Part shown: positions 15,727-28,772 of the stretch, in pieces
How the letters are laid out: each line of letters begins with the position of its first letter
How positions within the stretch are numbered: position 1 is the stretch's first letter
DNA from: Chrysomallon squamiferum
Taxonomy: Eukaryota; Animalia; Mollusca
DNA length: 64,000 nt
NCBI GenBank assembly: GCA_012295275.1
Contig: CM022666.1
Span: 7,812,001 to 7,876,000, forward strand
Direction of reading: 5' to 3'
Made by a program: the position numbers and the translations under genes
Notes under the pieces: model-generated
Databases searched by the model: none
Told to the model about the DNA's origin: nothing
What the model saw: only the letters and a program-made list of their open reading frames with translations

Positions 15727-16964
15727 GTTTTTTGAGGGGGGCTATCATTTTCTTCCTTCTCTTTTTTCTTTCTAAAAAGTGTGCTGAATAATTCAGGCAG
15801 TGAACTAGGAAACAATTTTGTAAAAAAAAAAATAAAATATAATAATAATCTTAGAAGTGGGGACAGATGTTAAAATAATTTAGATGTTCAGATTGGGAGA
15901 ACAGGATTGTTAAAGAATTTGGGATTATTGATTTCACACGGGGATAGGTTTATTTTTTAGACGTACTGGGAGCATGATGTAATAATCTGTATTACAGCTG
16001 TCACTAGACTTGCTTCATGCATGTTAGAATATAGACAGACAGACACGCACACACACACACACAGACATATGCAGAGAAATTTTTTTATTATTTACTGAGC
16101 ACAGTATAACAATGAATATTATAGCAATGAGACTAAATTTGTTTCATGGGTACAGGGTATTTTGCTAGACTTGCTAAAGGTTTTATTATTTAACTTTATT
16201 TTTAATTTGTTTCATTTTTTTTATATATACCAGGGAGTGCAATATAATGACCTATATTACACTAGTACAGCTAAACTTGCTTTGTATTTTTGATGTACAT
16301 GGTAATGGTGAGATGCTAGACTTGCTAAAGGTTCTTTTTTTATAGTTCATCTAAGGAGTAACAAAGTGTTAATATAATAATAAGAAAAAATAAAGTATAT
16401 CTCACCATTCCATGGTTTTTTTTGTTAATTAGCTGCAAGTCATCATTTTTATGTGCCTTCCCACATTCAGGAAAACACAGCCTTTGATACACAGAATAAT
16501 AATTGCTTGTTACCCTTCAAGCAATCACCCTAACCACAAAAGAAGGATTCTTTTAAACAAAACCAAAAAAAAAAAACCTGCAAAAAAAAAAAAGAAAAAA
16601 ATGGAAAAGGCCATATTTCTTTCTTTCTTTTTTTAACCCCTTTATTTAAAAAATTTTTAAAGGCATTTTTTTTTTTAATTTTTTTTTTTTTTTTTGTACA
16701 TTTTTTAAAAGTTTGCCCTTGAAATGTGACTGAAACCTTCACAGCCTCATTTTTATTTTTTTATTGTCATTTCCATATGCATGAACTTTGAGGTCTGTCA
16801 ATTCTGTGAGAAATACTCTGATTTATTGCAGCAGTACAGATACACACAATACAATACTTCTGATACCAAGTGGGCAGATCCATCAGTTCAGAAAGGGCAT
16901 GGGGGGGGATGATATACAAGTTTCATTATAAAAAAAAAATTTAAAAAAAAATATAAAAAAATCT

Positions 16965-17276
16965 ATTGCTTGATATGGAATTACATATCAAAATGATGTT
17001 GAATCACAGCAAAGGTTATTGATTTTAAGTTTTATCTTTTTCTTTTTTTCCCCTCCAACATAATTTTTAATTTTAAAAAAAAACATTTTTTTTTTTTTTC
17101 ACATGTATTATTTTCCAATCCTGTCTGCAAATTTTGTGTATCATTTAATTAATTTGTTACAAATTGCTGCATTATAATTTTTTTTTTTTTTTTTTTTAAA
17201 TTAATGAAAAACAAAGTAAAAAAGGTGTTTACAGGCAACCAATCTTTACTCATAATAAAGTGTAGCAATGAAATAA
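16965..17276 (+). repeat. Diverged direct repeat of about 300 bp, copy 1 (copy 2 at 19484-19783)
   Basis: Shared blocks tgatatgga.ttacatatcaaaa, gcaaaggttattgatt, atcatttaattaatttgttacaaattgctg, ggcaacca.tcttta and tagcaatgaaataa. Confidence 0.88.
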
Positions 17277-17664
17277 AATGTTTGTGAAGATGCATGGAAG
17301 CTGAACATTATTTGTTTATGCACTAGGAATTTCTGTTCAGTTTTTATATAGATTAAAACAAGAAATATAAATAAACAGTAAACCTTATTTCACATACAAA
17401 CACACTATCATAAAAAGTTTCCAAAAATCAGTCTGTAAAACATATTTCCATTTGTTCATAGTATTTCATTGCAGATATTTTTGAAAAACAAAGCAATGAA
17501 GATGTATGTCAGTTTATTTGGCAATTCTCATTCTGTGTTTGCATTGCCAAAAAGTTAAAGGCTATGAAAATAAAGTGAGGTATAAACCAGCCTAGGAAAC
17601 ATTTCTGTGATAGAAAGTAACAGTCATGTTACAGCTGTTTGGACAACACGCATGTACTGTGTAG

Positions 17665-17875
17665 ATCACAGATTACAGCATTTGCTTGTGGCATGTCAGG
17701 TTGTAAGATCAAATCTTGTCAGTGCTTGTGGAGCAAATAACAGATGAGAGTTACAGTGTTTATGGAATGGCAGGCAGTAGGATCAAATCTTCTCAGTGTA
17801 AATATAGCAAATAACAGACCACTGATAGTGTTTGCTTGTGGTATGTTAGGTTGCAGGCTCAAATCTCCTCAGTGA
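17665..17875 (+). repeat. Three tandem copies of a unit of about 75 bp, possibly decayed tRNA-derived SINE heads
   Basis: Recurring gcttgtgg..tgt.aggttg.a.g.tcaaatct..tcagtg and agcaaataacaga. The ggatcaaatc motif resembles a degenerate Pol III B box. The SINE origin is inference. Confidence 0.5.
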
Positions 17876-17987
17876 CATTATTTCAAAACCATTCAGTGCA
17901 TTTTTTAATCAGAATTATTTTTCCCGAATCTTTGAAGGTGGATGCACATCAAAATCTCTGCCTCTACTCCAAGTCTCTTCATAAGCG

Positions 17988-19172
17988 ATTACATATCTCT
18001 ATTTAGACAGTTGTATGTCTCTACTTAAACCATTACATATCTCTATTTAGACAGTTGTATGTCTCTACTTAAACCATTACATATCTCTATTTAGACTGTT
18101 GTATGTCTCTACTTAAACCATTACATATCTCTATTTAGACAGTTGTATGTCTCTACTTAAACCATTACATATCTCTATTTAGACAGTTGTATGTCTCTAC
18201 TTAAACCATTACATATCTCTATTTAGACAGTTGTATGTCTCTACTTAAACCATTACATATCTCTATTTAGACAGTTGTATGTCTCTACTTAAACCATTAT
18301 GTATCTCTATTTAGACAGTTGTATGTCTCTACTTAAACCATTATGTATCTCTATTTAGACAGTTGTATGTCTCTACTTAAACCATTATGTATCTCTATTT
18401 AGACAGTTGTATGTCTCTACTTAAACCATTATGTATCTCTATTTAGACAGTTGTATGTCTCTACTTAAACCATTATGTATCTCTATTTAGACAGTTGTAT
18501 GTCTCTACTTAAACCATTATGTATCTCTATTTAGACAGTTGTATGTCTCTACTTAAACCATTATGTATCTCTATTTAGACAGTTGTATGTCTCTACTTAA
18601 ACCATTATGTATCTCTATTTAGACAGTTGTATGTCTCTACTTAAACCATTATGTATCTCTATTTAGACAGTTGTATGTCTCTACTTAAACCATTACATAT
18701 CTCTATTTAGACAGTTGTATGTCTCTACTTAAACCATTACATATCTCTATTTAGACAGTTGTGTGTCTCTACTTAAACCATTACATATCTCTATTTAGAC
18801 AGTTGTATGTCTGTACTTAAACCATTACATATCTTTAAATATTATATATCTCTACTTAAACCATTACATATCTCTATTTAGACAGTTGTATGTCTCTACT
18901 TAAACCATTACATATCTCTATTTAGACAGTTGTATGTCTCTACTTAAACCATTACATATCTCTATTTAGACAGTTGTATGTCTCTACTTAAACCATTACA
19001 TATCTCTATTTAGACAGTTGTATGTCTCTACTTAAACCATTACATATCTCTATTTAGACAGTTGTATGTCTCTACTTAAACCATTACATATCTTTAAATA
19101 TTATATATCTCTACTTAAACCATTACATATCTCTATTTAGACAATTATATGTCTCTACTTAAACCATTATGT
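17988..19172. repeat. 44-bp minisatellite, about 27 copies, made of two related 22-bp halves
   Basis: Unit catatctctatttagacagttg + tatgtctctacttaaaccatta. Copies are near-identical with no spacers. Confidence 0.96.
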
Positions 19173-19483
19173 GTCTCTAAATGGGACTATTTTCTCTAGG
19201 CGTATGTAGATACATCAAAGACGTTGTCGGGAAAGCTTGCGTGTGTGTGTCATTTTGACATATCATATGAAAACACTTAAGTGGGCTTGTTTACCATAAT
19301 TGCTGCATTTTGCTGCCATTATGGCGCAATGTTGGTAAAACTGTTATGATAATTCTGTCATAGCAGTGAGAATAATGAAAGGTCAAATCAGATGATCCAT
19401 TGAGCTAGATGTAATTTTTTTTCTTGTCAACACTATTTATACTACAGTTTTGTTTTTTTTCATGGATAAAAAAAAGAAATCCC

Positions 19484-19783
19484 ATTGTTTGATATGGAGT
19501 TACATATCAAAACAATGTTGAATTATGGCAAAGGTTATTGATTATAAGTTTTATGGGTTTTTTTTTTTTTATCCTCCCCCATATTTAATTATTATTATTT
19601 TTTTTTTTTAAGTATTATTTTCCTAATCCAGTCTGCACTTTTTTTATATCATTTAATTAATTTGTTACAAATTGCTGTATTATAAAAAATAAAAATAAAA
19701 TTATTATTAATAAAGAACAAAGTGAAAGAAAATGTATACTGGCAACCAGTCTTTATTAACAGTAAAGTATAGCAATGAAATAA
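19484..19783 (+). repeat. Diverged direct repeat of about 300 bp, copy 2
   Basis: Same blocks in the same order as 16965-17276. Confidence 0.88.
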
Positions 19784-20936
19784 CAACTTTATCCAGTGAC
19801 CCAAATGTAATGTTTGTTCCTGTCAAACTATAGTTTTTATACTACAGTTTTTTTCATAGAGCAGTTGACATTTTTATACAAACTGGTTACCATAACTTTA
19901 ACTAGTATGCACACACACACATTCTTTAACTTTGTTTTCCATATTCAGGCAGTATTTCTACTGTTGGAAAAAACATTACATTATTTAATAAACCAAAATT
20001 TATTTAGATTCATTTTATTATTATTATTAGTTTCTTTTTCTTCTATTCTAATCAGTTTATAGAATGCATTTATTTGTGTTTTTACTTTATAATAGTAACT
20101 CTCAAATTACGATGATAAACATTTTCACTCAAATTATGGTTTAATACTTCTGACATGATTTTGTCCTAATAACATTTAATACAAAAAAACAACAACACCA
20201 AAAGTAAAGAAAAAAAAAATTAAAAGTAGTATTCTGGTCTCACTGAATAAGTAATCATTCATTAATGCTTTCATTCATGCTGTCTTTAATTTGTTCATTT
20301 GTTCATTCATTCATTCACGTCATGGCTGATCTTTTTTCTAAGAAAAATGTCAATAACTGCAGACAGTTTGCACTCAATCGCAGTCTCCTAAAATAAGAAG
20401 ATTTCCAGGAGAGAAGCCACTTCTCTCTGTTGAAGGGGAGGGGGGGTGTATCTGTGTTGTTAAAACGATAAATCATTTTACACTTTATACAATTTTTAGA
20501 TTTATTTACATAAGTTTACAATTTTAAATGACATTATAAAGAATGATGCAATACTAGATATAAAATTATTTTGATATTTGTGGTCTGTATATATAATTAT
20601 ATTATGCATAAATAGAGACTTCAGGGAATGAACTGACACACTTCCAGTTAGTGAGAGAAAAAGAGACAAAGACAGAATGAAAGAACGAGAAAGAGAGATA
20701 AATAACGAAAAGAGTATGAAAAAGTAAATGAGAGTTAAGGAGATATTTACAATGAGACTGAAGTAAAAATAAATAAAAAGAGAAAGAAATGTACAAAGAG
20801 AGAGAGCTGGAAAATGAGGAAAAGAATCTAATATATGAGGGAGGCTGTGAAAAAAGAAAATAGTTTTACAAATTGAAAAAAAAAGAATATGTATGTGGAT
20901 TAGTGTGTGATAGAAGGATGTATGTGTGTGATAGAA

Positions 20937-20973
<37 letters not shown>

Positions 20974-22168
20974 GAGTGAGAGATGTAGAGAGAGATAGAC
21001 ACACAGAGGTAGAGAGAGAAGTAGACAGAGAGAGAGAGAGAGAGGTAGAGAGAGAGGTAGAGAGAGAGACAGAGAGAGAGAGAGAGATAGAGAGACAGAC
21101 ACAGACAGCACCTGTAGTACTAATTTCAAACAAAGGTGGTAGGGGTGTTTTAAAACTCGTATCACACACCCCTCCATATCCACTGTTGTTCACACATGTC
21201 TGACAAGCATGGTTTCCGAACGTAAGCCTGCGTTAAACTCAACTAATCAGAATAAAGAAGCGAGCCCCAGTGCAAACTGAACATGAAGAACTGTTTGGTG
21301 GGAAGATGGCAGTGCTGCGACACTCACACACTGAGCAGAGAGAATCACAGTTGATTGTCGAAGATGTTGAAAGGATGTGAAAAATGAGAGACATTCCGTG
21401 TTGCTTTGCGACGGTGAGGTTTCGAGGGGTTTTGTGAAATTCTGTCGTTTTCTCGGAGGAGGGAATGTTTTGTGGGGAGGAGTGGATGTTTGTGGGGGAT
21501 GAGGATTAAGGTGTATTTTCTTCAAGGGGAGAGAGTCAGGTTTTTTTTGTTTTTGGGTTTTTTTTTTAGATTTGAAAGTGAATGTTGAAAGGGTTTTCTT
21601 AAGTTTGTTCAAGGGGGGTGACTGGTTTTTAAACTGTTGGAGCAGTTTAGAGTTGTTTTAATTTCATTTGTTAGTGAAATTGTTGGGTTTTTTTAAATTT
21701 TAATGTATTTGTTGGGCCATTTTCTTTTTAAAATGGTTTTAATGTGTGTGTTTTCTAGGGGAAAATTTGAGTATTTGTTTAACAATATACTGGAGACATG
21801 AGAAAATGGTATATTATTATTATTATAATCTTTATTACTATCATCATCACCATCATTATTATTATTGTAGAAATTCAGTCCACTGTTCTATCTGTTATCA
21901 GTTCTTCCATCACTTTTTAATTTTTCACGGTTTTTTTCTTTATTTGTTCTTTGTTCTATCTCCTAATCCATCTCTCAGTCCATCCACAGATCTGTGCATC
22001 CAGAACATAAGAAATATACCAATTCTGTATCATCTCTGTTCTTCTTCTTTTTCTTCTTTTTATTTCCTCCTTTTGCTTGATCATCATAATTTTTTTGTTG
22101 TCGTCTTCTCCCTTTTCCCTGTTCTCCATCATCATCTTCATCCCTTTTTTTTTTTTTTTTTCCCCCAC

Positions 22169-22200
<32 letters not shown>

Positions 22201-22682
22201 CCTCCATGCAGAAGATTAATTACACTGGGCTGACTTTGTTGCGTATAATTCTTTCAGTTCAGGTATGTGAAAAGTCTGCAGCCAATAAAGTATTCATTTA
22301 GTCTGCTGGAATCTAGCACTGTGGAGAATATTTAATGCTGTGAGTCGTCCATTATTCATATACTCGTCCTTTGTGGTGCTTGCAGAAGAACAAAGTTGGA
22401 TGCAAAAGGAGACAAAGATGGCGGAATTGTGCGGCGAGAAAATTAAACTTTTCGATATTACGTGGTAATATACTCCATGATGGATTGGACTTGGGGAATA
22501 TTAACTAGCTATTTTCGATGTGATTTATAAGATGGAGTGAAAACTAAGTGCAATGATTGATTCATTTTTCTTGGTAAATTTCGATATAAGAAGATTAAAA
22601 AGTTAATTGAAGCATGAATAAGAAGATTAAAAACACACACACACCCAATTGAAGCACACATCAATACTATAGACATATATAA

Positions 22683-22725
<43 letters not shown>

Positions 22726-22759
22726 TACATACATCATACACACACACACACACACACAT

Positions 22760-22818
<59 letters not shown>

Positions 22819-25658
22819 CATACACACACACATACATACATACATTCATACAGTTATTGAACAACATTTTTTAAGGTTTTACCTGATGGGCTGAATGGTA
22901 TTGTTGTCTGTCTGTGAGTTCAGTCAAATGGGTGCCATGCATTCGTGTCTCATCAGCGGCACCTGAAGGGTTTCTGAGGTTGTGACTGGGTGTGTCCTCT
23001 TGTGCCTGAGTGTCCCCGAATACTGTCAATGTGCAGAGTCTAATCAGACGTACATATTCAAATACTAAAATACATACATACTTACTGACATAAACACATA
23101 CATATACACATCTGTACCTATGTACATATATATACATATATTCAAATACATTCATACATGCATACTTACATACATAGATACATACATACTGAAATACATT
23201 TTAATATTAGAGATAAATAATAAATTATGAATGTTTAATTTTTATTTCCATTATTTATTTATTTTACTTTTTTTTTTTTTTTTTTGTCCTTTTTCAATTA
23301 TAAACATAGATTAGTTTGTTTTTTAATGATATTTCATTTGAAAATAATGAAAAAATTAATACACTCTTTTACAAATATCCTGTTGTTACTTTGATTTATA
23401 TTAGACAATCATTTACAACATCTTTTAAATTTTAGTGAACAAAGTAAAAAAACAGACAGTTTTACTTCGACAAAGCATATCAGACATGAAAATACAAAAC
23501 TGCTTTTTTTAAACAAGAGAATACTCAAGGGGATGTAACACATTCTAAATATTTTCCAAGCATTTTATTATTTTAAAAAAAGTTCTTATTAATTAGAAAT
23601 TCTTACTGCGTATTAATTATTTTTTTATTATCAAATTTTTTTTTTTTTAATACTTGCAAAAAAAAATTTCTCTGGCTTGATTACAGTCCAAATAAATTTG
23701 ATAAAACAGAAAGATAACAGTGACAGAAAAACGTTGTTTCTTTTCATTAACAGAAGAGTTAGAGAAGGGGCAGTAATAACTTTGTAAGCTTGTTTACATA
23801 TAAATCACACCAATCTCTAAAGAATCTGATCTAATGTTAAGATATAATATATATATATATATAAGACAGAAAATGTTTTTAGTTTTTTAAAAAGAAGAGA
23901 TATTCAAGGACTGTTAATAGAGAAAAAATAGTCACATGATACAATAATGTGGATGTATAAATACAAAACAACTTTGGTGGTGGTTGTTTTTTTTGTTTTT
24001 TTATATAGCAATAACTAAATAATTATATATATATATATATATATGGGTTTTGTGTTGTTTTCTCTTCTTTGTATTCTAAAGAAAAAGTCAAATTAATACT
24101 GTTTGGAAATGGCCATAACTAAATTTTTATAGTACTGGTGTTGTGTCTGACAGATTGAAGGATCATTTCTTTCCAGGGAACCCATAGGGCTATTTTACAT
24201 TCCACCCAGAGCTTCTTGACTTTTACCAAATGAAAAAAAAGAAATCATGTAGAGGACACCCTGTTGTCAGTGCAGACATGTATCAAATTCCATCTGAAGT
24301 TTCCTCTGTTTGTTGCATGACAATCAGTGACCAAAAAATTAATCAATATACATTAACAAAACAAAACCAGATTTGTAGCAGCAATTAAATTCCTGAACTA
24401 AGTTACCTATAGAGATAAATTTTTATCCATAAACACAATCTCATTTTCTGAAACAGAAGAGTTACTCAAAGGGAATTAATAACAAGTACGTTTGTTTTGT
24501 GAGCCAGGTCTCGAGTTTTATTTATTTTCTGATAACAATAAAATGTTTTAGTTCCTGTTACAGCCAGAGAAGTGATTAACAAAAAGCTGTGCAGTCAAAA
24601 CATTATGATAAATGGACCTTTTTTTCAAACACAAATTGCATTTCTTTTGCCAAAGAGTCACTGAAAGGGGAGATAATAACAAACAGATTTTTGTTGTGTT
24701 ATCTCAAGGTTTTATTAACATTGAAATAATTAAAATTCTCATCTTGGATTGTAGCCAGACATTTGTTTTTTTTTTAAATTCTTTTATTATCTTGAACATG
24801 TTCTCTGGTATTATTACAGTGACAAAAGAACGAGGAATGCTTTTTTATTTTGCTTTTTTGCTTTTTTGCTTTTTTTTGACAGAAGAGTCACATAAAGGGG
24901 AATTAACAGGAAAGTCATTTAAAGGGAAGGCACAATAACTAAATTTTTAAGTTAGAAAAATATAATATTATTTTCACTGAAAAAACAGAGTACATATTTT
25001 ATAAACAAAAACATTTCTGAAAGGGGAAAAAATAAAATAAAATAAAATAAAATATTAAAATAATAAATTAATTGTATACGCAATAAATTTTATCTAATCA
25101 TATACAAGCTCAACATTTCTTTTAACTTCAAAAACTAAAAAATACTTCTATTTAATCCAAGGTTCTTTAAACAACAGGCTTTCCTTATACAGGAGAGTTA
25201 CTCAAGGGCAATTAATTACACACATTTTTCTCTTCTCAATCTTAAGTGCTATTTACCACTGGCTTTAAGTGCCATTATTTTCATAATACGAGATTGTCAG
25301 AAGACCTACATGACTAAACTGGACCTAGTTGTTTGGAAACAGTGTTGTCTACCTGGAACGGCCATTGTTGATTTTCACTTCAGGATTTTGACTTGAAAGT
25401 CTTCTTGGTGTTTGGATACCTGTCACAGTTTTGTTCATTTATTGATGTACTTCAAGCCTTTCAAGTTGGGAAAAGGCTTAAAACGGGTGAAGTTACCTCT
25501 CATTAGGACTTTTCTTTCTCTTTGAGAAAAATAATTTTCAAGTGCCGTGTTTTTATAAAATGGGAGTAATGAAGAGATGATAGTATTTTTATTCAGTATT
25601 TTTTTTCTTTCATTTATTTGTTTGTTTGTTTGTTTGTTTCTTTATTTACTTATTTAAA

Positions 25659-25695
<37 letters not shown>

Positions 25696-28600
25696 TCACA
25701 TATTTTTTTTTCTTTGCTAATTTTATTGTTCTCTAACATCTTTGGATGTGTTATGCATTAAAAACATGTTTTACTAAATAATTTGAAATGGTACACTAGA
25801 TCACAGTTAGTCTTGATTTATTTATTTATTTTTCTTCTGAAAATAATTTTAGATTAATTTTCTGTTTTCTTCAGTCATTATACATTTTCCCTTTATACAT
25901 GCAACATCACTAAACTACATCCGTTCATCTTAACTCCCTCCCAGTATCATCCTGCTATGTCATCATCTGTATCATTTAGTTGAAAAGTATGCTATCAGTT
26001 GTAAAACCCTACCCAGCTCCTTCCAGAATTTGTCAGTGATATTTGCATCATTAAGCATAAATATTTTCTCTTAAACAAACCACCCCCACCCTGTTCTATC
26101 CTGAATGTATCAATGATATCAACATTGCTAAGCTAAAATACATTCTGTAAGATAATCTTACACCCCCCTCTCCTAGTTCTGTCCTGAAATTACCAATGAT
26201 ATCCACATAAAATTAATGAACTGGGAAGTTGAAATACATTCAACAACACTAGCTTTCTCCTGACTCTGTCATATTGTACTAAACTAAAGTGCAGTCTGTA
26301 AAGATATGTGTACCATTGCCCAATACAGTCCTGAACATGTCAGTGATGTTCATCAGTTTTGATACCAGTAAACATTGTGTCAAGTGGCAAGATAATGCGA
26401 TTTCAACCACAAACATTTTATCTAACATTACAGTCACATTTTATCTGTGTCCAATCCCATTAAACAGGTTACTGGATAGCCAAGCCAAACAGCACTTTGC
26501 TTAACAGTAAATTAATCCAGGATCAGTTCTTGTAGATGACGTTTTATACCTTTTCCCCACTCCAGCCAGAGCTCCCAGTGTTTTTGAAACATGAATTAAT
26601 TAATAGGCTGAGGAAAATTGAGCATCTGACTTATTTCTCTTTAGCTGAGAAGTCTAAATACAACCCTGTAGAAATCTTACTTATCCCTGATGAATCTCTG
26701 TTATACTTCTTCCATTCCAAACTGAGTCTTTTGAAAATGGTATTCTTAGAAGATTGTCCAGAAACTCTGGAACAATTAAATAAAACCTACTTCTTAGTTT
26801 ATTTGCTTTAATTTTATTTTTAATTTTTGATTTATTTATTTATTTATTATTTTATTTTATTATTGTTGTTATTATTATTATTATTGTTATTATCATTATT
26901 ATTATTATTATTATTATTGTTTTGTTATTATTATTATTATTATTGTTGTTATTATTATTATTATTATTGTTATTATTCTGAATACGAATTAAGATTCTGC
27001 AACCATTTGGGATTTACACTTGATACCTTTCATACTTCAGACCCCAAATACTCTAATCACCAAACCAAAACCTGTTCCTAAATCTTTTCAAAAAATGAAT
27101 TAACCAAACACCACCACCAATAAGGGTCTCCTTCTGATACCAAACATTCTTCAGACATCAAATATTTTAAACATATCTCTTATTTTTTCTGAGTATTAAT
27201 TAATTAGCTGCGAGCACTAACGGAGATTAGATCCTGTTTCCCTTCGCTCTTCAGTGAATCACCCCGGCCACAGCTCACTGCTCTGTCTCTTTGAAGTGGC
27301 TATTAATTAAGTCATCTTCTTCTAATTTTCCAAATGTTCACCCATGTTCCATTTCTCATTCAAACACAGATGCACTCCTGGGAAATTTACTTCAAATTTA
27401 TTTTCTTCCATCTTCTGCGAGCTGTTTAACCTTCTGACAGAGAAACCCGACTTTCATGTTTCACTCCAGACATTATCTTCCTCGTGGCAATAAATCTTCA
27501 AAGTTATCTGCCCCTATCTGTACCTCTTCTTGCTCGGAAGAGCAGTAAACACACGCGAGGCCCTGGCAAGATGTTTAATTCTTTCAAAAAAAACGTCTCA
27601 GTACATGTCGGTGAATCTTTCAGAATTATCTGCCCTTCTTTGTAAGTCTTCATGTAATGAAGGACAATACATTTTTGATGGTTCCTGTTGTGGTAAAGTT
27701 AGCACTGTACTTTTAAAAATATTAATCTTTCTTTTTCTTTCTTGTCTATATTCCCAATAACAGTTTAATAATAATTCTTTAAAATTTATTTGCCCTTTCT
27801 GTTCCTCTACATCAAATAGAATATACATAAGAACCCCAGATGAGGTATGGTAACTTTAAATACATTTGTTCTCACTGCAATATCTTGCATATATTGAGAA
27901 CTGGGAGTGGGGGTGTCAAAATAATCTACCCACTCAGTACCTCTTAAAAAAAAAAAAAAAAAACATGATGCCTTATTCAGTTTCACAAAATCTCAACTCT
28001 GTTTCTTGTTTCAGTAATACCTCCTCCAAGACAAATAAAAATCTTCACAAACTATCTGCCCAATCAGTGCCTCTAATAAAAAAAAAAAATTGCAAAATAC
28101 ACAAGGGGCCCTGTTGAGGTGTGAGAATCCTTTTTGTAACGTGTTTTATGGTGATTTGAGTGTCAGAAGAAACATGTACAAGATGGTGAGCTCGTCAGGG
28201 TGAATGAGAAGTGTGAACAAACGAGGAGGCCGTTGTGTCGTAAAACCTTCCCAGTGGCTGCGTGGTAACAACGCATGGCCAAGTGACTGCCCATGATGCT
28301 GAATGCCACGTTGGTATCTGTCCCACTTCTTCTGCCTGCCGAGAGCTGGTGTAGTTAATTTAAAAGCACACTTCATGCCATTAGTGTAATTGCTTCCCTG
28401 TCTGGGCGCGAAGTTAAAAGTTTTGTTATGCTTGATGCTATCCCCGGCATATTATGTTTTAATCACCATCGGTTGTGATATATTGTCTGTATTGTATAGG
28501 GTGTGTGTATCCTGGTGTGTGAGTGTGTGTGTGGTGGTGGGGGTGAGTGAGTGAGTGAGTGAATATGGATTGGGGTGTATGGTTGGTGTTTGAGTGAACA

Positions 28601-28718
28601 TGTGTTTGTATGTACGCATATGTATGTTTATGTATGTGTGTATATGTGAATGTGTGTATATATGTATATATGTTTGTGTAGATAAATGTGTCTGTATATA
28701 TATATATATATATATACA

Positions 28719-28772
<54 letters not shown>

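Noticed and set aside
17988-19172. CRISPR-like array
   Set aside because: The units are contiguous with no unique spacers, no cas genes are present, and the context is eukaryotic. It is a minisatellite.
25345-25370. TWNG peptide as the missing glypican CWNG exon (also near 2211)
   Set aside because: The cysteine is missing, the flanking translation is not glypican-like, and there is no suitable phase-2 donor.
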